Source: Antedon mediterranea (lineage: Eukaryota; Animalia; Echinodermata). Taken from it: a DNA stretch of 64,000 nucleotides. Shown here in pieces: positions 28,657-44,151 of this stretch. The notes under the pieces are model-generated. The model saw only the letters and a list, made by a program, of their open reading frames with translations, searched no databases and was not told where the DNA came from. The position numbers and the translations under genes are program-made. The stretch spans positions 858,201 through 922,200 of the forward strand of contig NC_092670.1 in the NCBI RefSeq assembly GCF_964355755.1. Direction: 5' to 3'. Positions within the stretch are counted from its first letter, which is position 1; every line of letters begins with the position of its first letter.

Positions 28657-29010
28657 GTTAAAAACAGATGATTTCATTTTTACAGAAACCGGTCCTATAT
28701 ATTTGTCTACTTTTGGATTGGGGGGGGGGGGGGTGGTAGTTGACCGGGGGTAGTTATCCTAAGGGGGTAGTTGTCCTAAGGGGGTAGTTGTCCTAAGGGG
28801 GTAGTTGTCCTAAGGGGGTAGTTGTCCGGGTGGTAAACATCCGGGGGTAACTGTCTAGGGGATAGGTGTCCTAGAACCCTTCTAATACTAATAGTAACCC
28901 ACACTAACAGTAACCCATTCTAATAGTTAACCCACCTTATGAGTCAATCTATAATAACAACCCAAGTTACTCCATGGGGGTTACAATTAGAGTCACAAAA
29001 ACTTATGATG

Positions 29011-30997
29011 GAGTGTTGACAAAGTGCGAGGCAGCGAGGCAAGCGAGGCATGCCAAATATTTGTGCGAGGCATCATTTTATCATTTCCAAAAGTGCGAGG
29101 CATATATAGTTTACAATTTCAAAAGGGTGCGAGGCATATCTTAACGTGCTATTATGCTATATTATAGGCCTAATTGTGTTTATTTTTATGTAACGATTGT
29201 TTTTTCATTCAAGTCATATCTTGTCAAATTTTACTTTTACAAAAGTGCCCAAACTACGGTTAAAAAATCTGAACGACAGTCTTCAACTTTCGATAAACAA
29301 TAATTGTTATAGCGACACACTCATCAAATGACTGCAATGTTTGTTGGCATTTCGAGCGTGTTCACTCACATGTCTCTCGAACATAGCAGAGTGAAAATAA
29401 TATTTTGTCACAACCCTGCGCCTAGATCCGGTAGACCCGAGAGATGGAAAATCCCTCTTTACTATTTAGCAGGTAGCGGAATGATTCAGCCCTCAGCTCA
29501 GAGGATTGTGGTGCATTCCCCTCCTATAGCACGTGGTTTCAGCAGCAGCAACGCACAGACTTCTCTCTGAGCGGCGTGCCAAAGACATTTTTGACATTCC
29601 ATTCTCTAGGAACAACACGTGTACCTCTCTCGCAAATAAGGTGAACAGCGATTGCCAGGACAAGTTCAATAACTGGCGGTGAATAAAAGGTAACTGATAT
29701 GGCGATCCAATAACATGCCGCAAAGAAAAAAATTGCGACAGAATTCTGGAGCGCGTGTGAAAAAAGACTTACGTCCGACAATTGTAATACTAGGCCTAAA
29801 ATTAAACTTTAGCTAATATGCTTAGCCCTAACCTAAATAAGAGGCCTATGTAGAAAATAATTTAATCAATTTTGATACAATAATAGTTGGTGTAATATTT
29901 AATAATGATACACTATTCCTGTTTTAGTAAGCTAGGTATATTACGAACGATTTTTATTTATTGTCCATGTACTACGTACTAATAAACCTGGCGCTAGTTT
30001 CCTTCGCTTGTATTTTTACTCCAAATTTGATAACTAACTTTATCGTGTGAATACCACACCTTAGAAGTATACCTCATGAGTACTTTAATGAAAGAATCAC
30101 ATAAAAAGTAACAAAATAAATCCTTAAATTAATGATTTTACAGGCGTGTTTCTCGCACACTGTTCGCGAATTTCACTTATTCAATGTTCAATATTTTTGT
30201 TTCTATGGAGCGCCAAAAGAGCAACGATAATAGAGGACTAAAACTCAGTGGAATGCGTCAATTTCTCATGCATTTATTGGTGAAAAACACGTTTTATTTC
30301 AATATATTTGTTAATTTGTCAATAAAAATGCTGTAATATGTTACTGCTGATACTGTTCTGTTTTCAAAGAATAATAATCGATCCTAAATCAACATCACTA
30401 CCTAGTCTAGACCTAGGACATCCTACTAAGGATATTATGATGAATTTTTCTATTTTATTCTTTAAAAGGTTAACGAAACCGTGTACATTATCAACAGTAA
30501 CATTTTTCCTTATTGACAGTGACAAAATCTATTGAAATTGTACTTGATTTTCACCAAATAATGCGTTAAATATAAATGGATTCCACAGAGTTTTTAGCCC
30601 TCTAATTAATTTTGCTCTTTTGGCGTTCCATAGAAACCAAAATATTGAACATTGAGTGTGCGAAATGCGAGAAAAACAACGTCTGTAAAATCACCAATTT
30701 AAGGGATTTATTGTTACTTTTATGTGATTTTTCTTCATTAAAGTAGGCCTACTAATTCTAAGCTGTGGTATTCAGGATAAAGTTGGTTAAAATACAAGGC
30801 AGGTGCAAAAGGAAACTAGCCTAGCGGGCCTAGGCCTAGGCTACTTCAATTTCGGTGATTTCCTGCCTTGCAATTTTGAGAAATGATAAAATGATGCCTC
30901 GCATTTTTTGATGATGGTAAAACGATGCCTCGCATAAATTTCTGACTTGCCTCGCATGCCTTCCCTGCCTCGCGTGCCTCGCACTTTGTTACTACCC
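29011..30997. mobile_element. about 2-kb non-autonomous Mutator-like element, copy 1
   Basis: 9-bp TSD cttatgatg (29002-29010, 30998-31006); TIR gagtgttgacaaagtgcgaggca / tgcctcgcactttgttactaccc; subterminal gcgaggca repeats; near-identical copy at 49448-51502. Confidence 0.92.
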
Positions 30998-31625
30998 CTT
31001 ATGATGCAGTCGTATTTTGAAAATAAGGAGATAATGCATGTTGATCTCGGGAGGGGGTAGGATCGAGTGTTTTTTAGTTTATAAAATGGGTTACTATTTT
31101 TCAGGTGCCTAATTTAAGATTAGTAATACTATATTAACCTTCCCTTCTAATAGTAACCCACCTAAAAAACAATCAAAGAATAATAACCCGAGGTTACAAT
31201 TTACGGTATGTTTAATTGGATTATTATTAGGTGAGAAAGAATATTTTAATTGCATATTTGGTTAAATTTGTTAGAGAACTATTTAACGATTCAATTGTCA
31301 GAAAAAAATACAATTATTTGGCTTATTCAGGTACTTGTACAATTAAATAATCTGGTATCAACAAATATTAAAAGTACAGTATTGCTGATTAAATATTGAA
31401 TCATTCAAATTAATTTTAGCAAGCAATACAGTATTATGCGCATAGTTTACGCTTTGTGATTATAATTGAGTGGTACTGTACTGTAATCTTATAGGACACC
31501 TGGTTTCAGAACTATTTATTATTATATATCACAAGAGAATATATTATATATATAATATAATAACGAATAATAAACAAAATAATACACAGAATACTACAAA
31601 TCAAATCTCTTTTGAACATTTGGGT

Positions 31626-31641
31626 GGCTCTGAAAAGAGCC
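31626..31641 (-). terminator. Histone 3' stem-loop of inverted H2B, with AAAGAGATT downstream element
   Basis: Reverse complement reads GGCTCTTTTCAGAGCC. Confidence 0.95.
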
Positions 31642-31671
31642 GTTTGGTTTGAAATGAGACTGCAACGATGT

Positions 31672-32040
31672 TTACTTGGAGCTTGTGTATTTGGTGACAG
31701 CTTTGGTACCCTCAGAGACAGCATGTTTGGCCAATTCACCGGGCAACAAGAGACGGACAGCAGTCTGGACTTCCCTGCTGGTGATGGTAGATTTCTTGTT
31801 GTAGTGAGCAAGACGAGATGCTTCTCCTGCAATACGTTCGAAGATATCGTTGACGAAACTGTTCATGATTCCCATAGCTCTGCTCGAGATACCAGTGTCT
31901 GGGTGAACTTGCTTCAACACCTTGTAGATGTAGATGCTGTAGCTTTCCTTTCGCTTACGTTTTCTTTTCTTGTCAGTAGTTCTTACAGCTTTAGCCTTAC
32001 CGGCTTTTTTAGCAGCTTTTCCTGAAGTTTTTGGTGGCAT
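31672..32040 (-). CDS. H2B: Histone H2B (copy 1, inverted relative to the cluster)
   Basis: Intronless 122 aa, [23 protein letters not shown]...VTKYTSSK; stem-loop follows. Confidence 0.99.
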   Translation of the reverse strand: MPPKTSGKAAKKAGKAKAVRTTDKKRKRKRKESYSIYIYKVLKQVHPDTGISSRAMGIMNSFVNDIFERIAGEASRLAHYNKKSTITSREVQTAVRLLLPGELAKHAVSEGTKAVTKYTSSK

Positions 32041-32099
32041 GATTAAACGATCTAATTCACAATCAAAATCAAAGTGATGAACTGCTAAGGAAAACTGTT

Positions 32100-32132
32100 C
32101 AATATATAGCCTTTGATATGCTAATGAGGACT
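32100..32132 (-). promoter_or_regulatory. H2B promoter: octamer-like CTCATTAGCATAT followed by TATA box
   Basis: Minus strand cctcattagcatatcaaaggctatatatt; the same block recurs at 45169 and 56503 while surrounding DNA differs. Confidence 0.7.
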
Positions 32133-33039
32133 TCTATGTTGGGTTTTTTTAAATACCGTCTCCTATTGGCTGTTGACACTGCGCTGTGTGTTGAATAGTC
32201 TTCATCGTCTAAAAAGGCGGAATATTGTTGGAATTGTTTTATTTTAACCTTGATATATTTTCTTTATTCAACATAAAAGGTAAATACATTGGCAGTCAAA
32301 AGTTGAATTGCTGCATTTTTTACAGTAAATATTACCATAGAGAAATAATAATTAATTTCTCCATGATATTACAAATAATGAGAGGTCAAAAAGGTACTTG
32401 TCAAATTTCGATAAGTCTACCTCCAGGCCTATAATATAGAATATGTTATGTGTGTACTTTTTTTTTTAGTGTAGGCCTATTATATGTTTTCTCTTGTACA
32501 GTAATGTTATTTGTTCAAGGGATGATGTAGATAGAGGTACTTTATGCCAAAATCAATTACAAAATTAATACAGTATTGTGAAATTTATATAGGCCTATAG
32601 CGCTTTTAACAATCACTAACAGATTGTCCTAAGGCCCTTAATATAAAAATAAGAGAACAAGAGATTGAAATTACAAAGAACAGAAAAAGGGATTTTAAAA
32701 GGCGTTTGAAACTTCAATAAAATGTGCATTATGATTATTATTGTGTACATTCATTATTTCTATTTTACTTACCTGTATATTTGAATGAGGCGCTATTTAA
32801 TCCAGGATATATTACAAGTACTACAAATAGAACAAAAGAACACATGACAAAGAAAGAAACCCGCCTTTTATTTCCCTCCAAAATTAAATACAAAGCTATT
32901 ACTAACTTCATGCCAAGGCACTAGGTCGTTAGGCCAAAGGTCACGCCCAACAGAATGACGTCCGCACTTGTTCTATAAATCTGTCTATTTTTTAAACAAT
33001 CGGTACATTTCGAATTCGTCGAATAATCTAAAAACTTGA

Positions 33040-33354
<315 letters not shown>

Positions 33355-34051
33355 GCAACAACCTCACTCTACTCAAACCAAACGGCTCTTTTCAGAGCCA
33401 ACATTTGTACAAAAGAGATTTTAAAGCTTAATATGAATTTAAAATAGGCTACTGTAAATGCCAATCTATCAATAAATACATTATCTTCGACTGTATCATG
33501 ATTTTCAATTTATGTGCAGCACTATGGTATGTACAATTGTTATAACCCAGTACCGACTGTAGCCTTTTCATGTACAAACTTGTAGGCTTGTAATGGCAGT
33601 ATTTAATTTAAAATAAATTATTCTATAGGTCTATCAATACTGTACCTTTTCATTTACAAACTTATACGCAAGGCTTGTAATGGCAGTACAGTACTTAACT
33701 AACTTAAAATATTCAATATTTCTTCATAATGAATGACAAATTAAAGTTCGAAATAATTGAATCAAAATGTCCTCACTTTCATTCATAATAACTATTTCTT
33801 TTTCAAGGTAGCAACAAAAAAAAACATAAATAATAAACCCACGAAGTAAACAAATTCAAAGTTATATTTTGATTTCTTTTTAGTTTAAAAGAAAATATTT
33901 AGGATCTAGCCTAGTGTTATGGTATGGGTATGAATATTATTGTATTTTATAAAGCTGCAAGAAAGGTTAGTTGGAAGTAGACAATCACTTTTTCTAACTT
34001 TTAATTCCTTATAATATGTACTAACATTCATAATACAATTTTACATTTAAT

Positions 34052-34265
34052 TGTCGTATTCGATTGGGAACTTTCGTTGTCAACGTAAAGATTCGTTGAG
34101 TGCTTTTTGTATTCGAATTGTAAATTTGTGCTCAACAGAAAGTCATTCGAATAGAAAACGAAAGCTTTTTCGTTAAGAACAATCTCAACGCTCAAAATAC
34201 TCCGTTAAAGAAGTACTCAACGGAAAAACTGTACTCAACGGTGGAAGTCTAAATCGAATACGACA
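34052..34265. mobile_element. 214-bp MITE, 14-bp TIR, apparent 3-bp AAT TSD
   Basis: aat|tgtcgtattcgatt ... aatcgaatacgaca|aat. Confidence 0.7.
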
Positions 34266-34610
34266 AATGATATTAAATGTAATGTATAATATAATAATTT
34301 ATTCGGAAAACGTATACAAAACAACACATTTCCCAGTACTGTACTGTATTATCACGTACAGACCAAACAATTTCCCACCTAAAATGACAAAAGAAACAAA
34401 GGCGGTTTGTTTGTTGTTCAAAACGATCCGCCAGTTCCAACAAAAAAAGTGCGGACGTGTTATAAGCTGCATAATTTAACCAATCATATGGATTTATCTT
34501 AATCGCCAACAAGAAAACCTAACCTACACTTAGCCAATCATATTACTTGAACTAATCGCGCAGGTTCTTAAAAGGCCACACATTTTGAATTCTAACATCA
34601 TTCAAATTGA

Positions 34611-35036
<426 letters not shown>

Positions 35037-36348
35037 GAACATATCTACTTTATTTTCAAACCAAAAGGCTCTTTTCAGAGCCACTACTTGTTCTAAAGAG
35101 ATTAATAGCAATTCTGTCTTTTATGTATATACATAAATACAAGTACAGTATATATAAGTATTACACAAAACGTTTCAATGTACAGTATTTCCATATTATG
35201 AATTCTTGTAGGCAAATGAGTCAAGGAGTAGATTAGCAAGATAATAAATCGCAAGGCCATCTTTTCCCAGACTGGGGTATTATCTATAATTCTATATAAT
35301 ACAGATATCATCGGACCTCTAATGAAAATGTTTGCTATTGCCAAAGTGATTTGTTCTTGTCAAAGTTTATTTTGCTGTTCACATTATACTGTATTGTAAT
35401 ATAAGTTCTATATATTCTGGCTCTTGATAAAAAACAATATTTAGAAAAGGCATGTTCTTCTTTACTTGTCACGTACGTGCAAGTGAAACATGCTCATTTG
35501 TAATTATTTTTTAAATACGTTCTTGACATTTTTAAAGGACATATTATATATAATATAATTGTCTAAAACATGATCGAAAGTTACATTTAAAATTACATTA
35601 TTATATTAAAACAAAGCGGGATTTAATTCATCCCTGAACAACAGATTTGAAACCATTTTTGTTGAATATGCCATTCTAATGTATCGTATTCACTTCGACG
35701 TTGAATTAGGAAAAAAAATATATGAATGAATTTAAAGTACTGTACTGTATTATTAAAACAACAGCACAACATGTCCTATTAAAATGTTGGTATTTATAGT
35801 ACAGTATTTTATTTTTCATGTTTTTGGGACAAATGAAATTTAGGTCTATATAAATACGCATTAATGAAATACAATGAGTGGTAATAATTTAGGCCTATAT
35901 AAATACAATGAGTGGTAATAATTTAGGCCTATATAAATACAATAAAAGTGGTAATAATTAAATGCAGGTAAATACCAAAACCAATATTTAAAATTTATCT
36001 ATAATATACATAATATTTAGCGCCAACAATGTAACTGCCAATGTAATCTCTCCCTACACATAAAATATTTAAAACGGCAAGTTCTCAATTATTCTATTAT
36101 TTAGCGCCAACAATGTAACTGCCAATTAGTTAGCATATTGAATTCAATCATTATTCCAGGCGGGAATGACTTCTATTGGTTGATAAAATCCGACATATAC
36201 GCCCAAGCCACTTGAAGCGCGAACGCCTAGCATTGGTCAATCAAAAACAGGATACAAACCATTGACAGGGTATATAAACTTGAGTAGATTACAAAACTAC
36301 TTTACCTTATTCTTGTTCGATTTCTAACCGAAAAAGAAATAACTGTAA

Positions 36349-36732
<384 letters not shown>

Positions 36733-37145
36733 AAGAAAACATCGATAAATGTCCAAACCAAACGGCTCTTTTCAGAGCCACCAATACACTAAAGAGATTT
36801 TATTGCACTCTACATTGTTGTTTTCTAGTGTCTTCATGTTAGTATACTGTATATATTATATATTGGTATTTATTCAAATTCAACATATATATTAAAACAT
36901 AGCAGCAAAAATGCTAAATTGAGTTCTAATTTACATGAGGTAAAAAGGTACAGCATACAAATGAATAAATAGATAAACTAAATCAAAACGATAAAGTCAA
37001 ACAGACATAAAAATGAGTTTTATAATTTATATACATTCACACATTCAAGGCTTGATTAAAGCATTGTACTATACAGTATTTTCTATATAAGAATACAAAT
37101 ATGATTACATACAGTAATGCAGAAGGGTAGGGCATTACTTGTCTA

Positions 37146-38557
37146 CAGTGGTGGCGCCAGGTTTTGCCCGACGGGGGAGGGGGGGGGGCGCGAATTCCCC
37201 GACGGGGGGGGGGGGGCGTACGCGCGAAAGAGGGGGTGGGTTTGGGAGCCTCAGAAAATTTTGAAAAAATAGATGCTTACACACTGTTTAATAGGCTAGA
37301 GCAACTGTTTCCATTACATTTAATAACAATGTCACATAATGTTAAATTTAAATAAATCCTTCCTAAATCTTTTCGACGAACTAATAATAAACTTTGATCG
37401 AAAAACACTTCAAACGAAATGAACATTTGGTAATGCGGCACTCTGAAAATTCCTCGATTGTGCATGTGTTTAGTGTACGACTGTGCTTTGGTGGTCTGTT
37501 AACCTCAGATATATACCCTATAGCCGGGTGAATAACTCATTGTAATTTAGTATACAATGATTGCCGTAATCGCCGTGTCTATAACACAAATCAATAAAAT
37601 GCCAAATACGCCACACACGTTTTTTCGGCCGTGTACATAGAACAAGACATTTCATGTTTATGTTATGCCTATGAAATAATAATAAAAAGAACATCATGTT
37701 TCTCGTTTTTTTATCGTTTATACTGCATACCATTATATAAAAAACCTTCATAGGCGAGAAAAAAGTTCACGATATTACACTCTACTCTGTACAGGGGTGT
37801 AAATATACAGGCCCACGCTAACGCTTGCACACGGACCAGGGCGGAAAATGGTGTATTTTTGGAGAGTGATGACGTCAGCATTCACACGAGGAGCGAGCTA
37901 AGACAACGTGATGCTGGTAGTGGGAGCATGCATGTGTTTTGAAAATAACTCAGTTGTGGGTATTTTCCGAAGATTTTAAATCGCGTTTTCTTTTTAAACT
38001 CTTGAATTCATAAATAGTAATTAAACTCTTAGCTCTTTCACTATGTAGGCCTATTTACACAACTATAGCTCTAGCCTACTCTTCTTAATTAAAAGAGTCA
38101 AGTGCGTCGAATCCGCGTCTAGCGACGGTCGGGAGTTTGGTGCATCTTTTTTTCCCCTTTAGAATTAAGTGGGGGGGGGGGGGGGGGGGGGTTGCTAGCC
38201 ACCCTATTCACCCCCCTAGATCGAGATTTGTGCGCGAAAAGAAACGTGAACAGACCCTGTTTTATGGTTAGGGCCAACCGCTTCCTTTTTCCCAATCGAA
38301 CCCCCACCCAAACCCCTTTAATCGACAGCGAACATATACGCGGTACACCAATGGTTATTGGTAAATTGAAACAATTCGTACACTCAACCGCGAGAACATA
38401 ACTCGTACCTTTATCCCTGTATGAACGTACGTCGATGCGTAGTTGCAAATGAATTTCCGATTTTCGCCTGGAATCTGAAAAATACACATTTTGGTCCCTG
38501 GATGTAATAAGATCTTTGCCCTCTCCCCCCCCCCCCCCCCCGCTGGCGCCACCACTG
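37146..38557. mobile_element. about 1.4-kb non-autonomous hAT-like element
   Basis: 15-bp TIR cagtggtggcgccag ... ctggcgccaccactg; absent from the paralogous spacer near 48200; no clean adjacent TSD. Confidence 0.8.
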
Positions 38558-39504
38558 CAACCCCATTTTTACATAACACTGTACAATTTAATTTTGTCGA
38601 ATTAAGCACAAAGGAAGCCTGTATTAAACCTGTATACCAGAGGTAATTTACTTCACATTTATTTTAATATCCAGTGCATAAAATACACAATATTAAGTAT
38701 TTTTCTATTATATATTAAGTATTAGTGGCAATTAATATCATAAATAAATAAATAAATAAATAAATAAATATCATTTGCTTAAATGTATGATTCAATAACG
38801 AATTTTAAAATGGTTTCAATGTTGCAGTTGGTGAATTCCTTATAAACATTTATATTCGTCGACTTAGGTGTTTGCTGGTATATATGTTTTATGCAGAAAG
38901 AAGACAAATCTATAGTAAAAATCTTCAAAAAAATAAAAATAAAACATGACATCAATACAGAAATCAACTCTTTTCAGATTGTGTCCAAGCTATTCACATA
39001 TTCAAGCAAAACACAACACAAATATTGTTATACATCTTTAAATGCTTTTTAAACAACCGAATATCAAGCGAAAGTTTCCAATTTCGTACATTTGTTGGTC
39101 ATTAATGTTGTTTAATTACCATTATTGAATAATAATGTATGTTTATAATGTCTAAAACATACTAAAAGTGTAATTTTACGTATAATGGCGTTAGGAATAA
39201 ACACATTTTGAAAGAAAAAAATATGCTGTATCATAAAATAACTTTTATAAAAAAGTATAGATTGAAGCATTTATTGAGGAAAAATAAAAATATAGTTTAA
39301 AATTAGTTTTAAAGTTAATGAAAAAACACATTTTTTATGAAATTATCTTTTACCAAAGAGTTTATAAAGCGCGGGGTCTCCCATACTGTACATACAGTGC
39401 TTACAATGCGGTCCGCAACATAATGGCGGCCTATATAAGAACAGAATCCGGCTAAACTTTTACAATTCGTTCGTTTCGTTCGTACATTTTGCTGACATAT
39501 TGAA

Positions 39505-40071
39505 ATGGCTGATCAAACGAAAGCTAAAAAGAAGGCTGCGCCCAAGAAGCCGGCATCTCACCCGACTTATATCGACATGGTGACTGCTGCAATTGGAGCA
39601 TTAAAGGAGAGAAATGGTTCATCTCGTCAAGCTATTGTAAAATATATCTTAGCTAACTACAAAGTTGATCCGGGCAATATGAAGACTCATCTTCGTATGG
39701 CTCTGAAGAGAGGTGTCGACAACGGTAAACTTGTTCAACCTAAAGGTAGTGGTGCAAGTGGTTCATTCAAGCTAAACCAGGCTGCAGCTAAGGCTGATGC
39801 AGCTGCTAAAGCAAAGAAAGAAAAAGCAAAGAAAAAGGCAGTCGCAGATAAGGAAAAGAAAGTAGCAAAGAAACCAGCTGCAAAGAAGGCTAAGAAACCA
39901 GCAGCTAAGAAGGCAAGTACTAAGTCACCCAAGAAGGCTAAGAAATCCGAGAAGAAGGCTGCCAAGCCAAAGAAAGCCAAGTCTCCTGCGAAGAAGCCAA
40001 AAACTAAGAAGCCGAAAAAGCCAAAGGCTAAGAAGGCTTCCAAGTCACCAAAGAAGGCCACCAAGAAGTAA
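39505..40071 (+). CDS. H1: Histone H1 (intact copy)
   Basis: Globular domain ([23 protein letters not shown]), K/A/P tail with SPKK; upstream AAACACA, GGTCCGC and TATA; stem-loop 40102-40117. Confidence 0.98.
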   Translation: MADQTKAKKKAAPKKPASHPTYIDMVTAAIGALKERNGSSRQAIVKYILANYKVDPGNMKTHLRMALKRGVDNGKLVQPKGSGASGSFKLNQAAAKADAAAKAKKEKAKKKAVADKEKKVAKKPAAKKAKKPAAKKASTKSPKKAKKSEKKAAKPKKAKSPAKKPKTKKPKKPKAKKASKSPKKATKK

Positions 40072-41073
40072 ATTTTATCGACTCATAATTTCAAACCAAA
40101 CGGCTCTTTTCAGAGCCACCAAATATACTAGAGATTTTATAGCTTTTTTCCAATAAGTTTTTTTTTTCTTTAAACAACCGAAACATTTTTTACATGCTAA
40201 ATATTATATATTTTTTTCATTATAAAAAATATGAAACTCGACACATTGCAACCCAAAAAAAATTGCATATAGGGAATTATGATACAGTAAATTCAATTTT
40301 ACCATTACACTTACAGAGCCATCATCTAGAAAGATGTTATAGCTTTTTTCAATAACCTGATTACTTTAAACAATTGAAATATTATTTACATGCTAAACAC
40401 AATACACTTGGAAAAAATAAGAATATTCTGTACAAACAGTCAATTGATATAGGAAATTATGATACATTACATTCAATTTTACCATTACAGTAACCGACCA
40501 AATGTTTAACCAATACATATACCATGGAGTAAAGAATACTCCATGCATATACTGTACCTGCATAACAAAATATACTAAATACTGTATTAATTGAAAAAGT
40601 ATTTTCGGTGTAAATGTATGTAAATTCTATCAACTTAAACAAGATGAATATTATTTACTTATAATATATAAATAACCTAACCACAATTTACGACAGTTTT
40701 ACGATTTAGAGAGAATGTTGTACAGTATATTATATGATATTTTTTTTCATTCATTATAAATAAGTCTACACTTAAATTTCCTTTTAATTATTCAATATGT
40801 ATTTGAATGCTTTCGAGTACAGTATAATTAACAGCAAACATAATATAACAGAAATAGAATAAAAGATCCCATGACAAAGAACAAAAAACCGCCATTATTT
40901 GTGTTTCCCACCAAAATTAAAAACAAAAGATGTGGCTTCCTGTTACGTTGACAAGCTGTAGTTACAAAGGTCATGTACACCACTCAGAATTACGTCCGCA
41001 TTTGCTCTATAAATTCGTCTATTTTTTAAACAATCAGTACATTTCGAATTCGTCGAATAACCTAAAAACTTGA

Positions 41074-41388
<315 letters not shown>

Positions 41389-42134
41389 ACAGTCAACAAC
41401 CACTCTCTACTCAAACCAAACGGCTCTTTTCAGAGCCAACATTTGTACAAAAAGAGATTTAAAAGCTTGCTATTTTTTTTTCAATAAGTACACAACAAAT
41501 GCCAAATTGGTGTTTTTTACACAATAATGTTTACAATAATCATAAATATATATAACTACACTCATTGCCTCAGATTTACACATTACAAAACATACATATT
41601 ATCAATTTAAAGTATATACTGTATAAATACAATATTGTAAACCTCGAAACAATATGTATTAACATTCATAATACACTGAGAGGTCCAACATTTAAAGCAA
41701 TTATATTCAAATGTAAATATACTGTAATACTGTACAAATATACTGTAATGTCAAATACAGTAGAGTATTTATAAATACAGTGCAAATAGCCAATGTCTGT
41801 ACAATATGCAACCACAAAATATTCCCACCTATGGCTATTCAAAAACTTTATTAACTTCAAATGCATTTACAAATACAGTATAATGCCAACATTAAAGATG
41901 TACATACAATGTTTATACATGCAATAATATTAATAACTTTCTAATAACTAAAATTTGGAAACAATATGTATTAACATTCATAATACAACAAGAGGTCTAC
42001 AATGTAATAGTGGACATCAATATTGTTTATAACATTTACTTAGATTCCCATATAAAAATATATATACTGTATAATGTTCTTTGCCTGATGTGTATATATA
42101 TATATCAAGAGATCTTGATATACTGTACAGAGTT

Positions 42135-43455
42135 GGGTACGACAAGGTAATACTTTGTTTCCAAAGATATTTTACAGCAACCATCGAAGAAAAGGTTCAA
42201 CTATTGATGATGAAATGCTTACAGAAATCCGTTTTGCTGATGACGTGGCCTTGATTTCAACATCAGTTGCAGATATGAAACACCAGCTCTCAAGTCTGAA
42301 TAAGGAGAGTAAATCAATCGGACAACTATGCACAAAGACAAAAAAAATACATGACTAACTTTAACACACAGGAAGACATTGAAATAGAGGGCCGGAAACT
42401 AGAAAAAGTGAAAGAATATAAATATCTTCTAGGACAAACACTGAAAAATGGAAGAAACCACGAAGGAGGAAGTTCTGTTAAGAATAAAAGCAGGATGGAT
42501 GAATTTTGGCAGACACACACATGCTTACTGACAAAAGTATACCAATGTCACGGGTGTCTCGAAAAAAGAGACCTCGAAAACAGAGACCCAGGGTCTCTGT
42601 TTTCAAGAAAAACAGAGACCCTACTAACACGTTTTAATATTACATTACATAGGGGGTCTCTGTTTTCAAGTTTTTCTGGACCTCCTATATAACGTAATAT
42701 TGACTTAATATTAAGAAGTTTTAATGGGGGTATCTGTTTTCGAGTTTTTCTCGAAAACAGAGACCCTCTATATAACGTAATATTGACTTAATATTGAGAC
42801 GTTTTAGTGGGGGGTCGACTCTGTTTTCGAGAAAATCTCGAAAACAGAGACCCCCACTAAAACGTCTCAATATTACGTAATATAGGGGGTCTCTGTTTTC
42901 GAATTCTCGTAAACAGAGACCACCACTAAAACGTCTAAATAATACGTTATAATAGGGGTTTCTGTTTTCGAGATTTTCTCGAAAACAGAGACCCCCACTA
43001 AAGCGTCTCAGACACCCCAAATGTTACTGAGAAAGAAATTATTTAACCAATGTGTGCTATCAACTATGACATATGGTTCAGAGACATGGGCAATAAAAAA
43101 GGAACTTGAACAGAAACTTACAACTACTGTACTCAAAGAGCAATGGAAAGAAAGATGATGAACTTACAGGGTAAATCATCAGAAACAAGTTACAGATATA
43201 ATGGAGAAAGTAAGACAGTCAAAATGGAGATGGGCTGGGCAAGATAATAGATGGACATACAAATTAACAGAATGGCCACCAAGGGTAGGAAAAAAGAAGA
43301 CAGAAAAGAAGGTGGAGAGATGATTTAACAGCATACATTGGAACGGCTGTAAGTTATACAGTACTTGGACAGCAAGAATTAGACAGAAATGGACATGTTA
43401 TGAAGAGGGCTTTATTCTTATGGACATATGGATGAACTATGCCTAGATAGATAAA
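42135..43455 (+). mobile_element. 5'-truncated, decayed non-LTR retrotransposon (RTE-like LINE) 3' end, interrupted by a MITE
   Basis: Frameshifted RT remnants IRFADDVALIS, EKVKEYKYL(L)GQ, QCVLSTMTYGSETW, QRAMERKMM, SKWRWAG; ends in (taga)n; absent from the H4-H3 spacer near 54600. Confidence 0.85.
42552..43017. mobile_element. Mutator-like MITE (GGGTGT termini, gaaaacagagaccc repeats) inside the LINE remnant
   Basis: gggtgtctc...agacaccc; degenerate duplication caatgtcac / caaatgttac; shares motifs with 28330-28656. Confidence 0.75.
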
Positions 43456-43686
43456 TAAAAATACCCAATACAAACTGGAATGATTGTAATTCATTACTAA
43501 TTAATAATAATAATTTATTGAAACCACACCTTTACAACGGTGGTACCCGTTCAATATTCCCGCCTTAAAAAGACGCGGACGTGTTATAAGCTATACATTT
43601 TAACCAATCATTTGACGTTGTCCTAATCGCCAATAAAGAAACATCAGCCAATCATATTACATTAACTAATCGCCCAAGTTCTTTAA

Positions 43687-44151
<465 letters not shown>

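Larger units (their letters stand above)
26802..28878. mobile_element. Non-autonomous Mutator/foldback-like element with tandem-repeat arms (ggacaactacccc)n ... (ggggtagttgtcc)n
   Basis: Left arm 26802-27440 and right arm 28735-28878 use the same motif in inverted orientation; flanked by cttctaat at 26794 and 28879. Confidence 0.7.

Noticed and set aside
29010-30997. Merlin-type element with 8-bp TSD
   Set aside because: Both insertions extend to 9-bp duplications and the TIRs then align without a gap, favouring Mutator.
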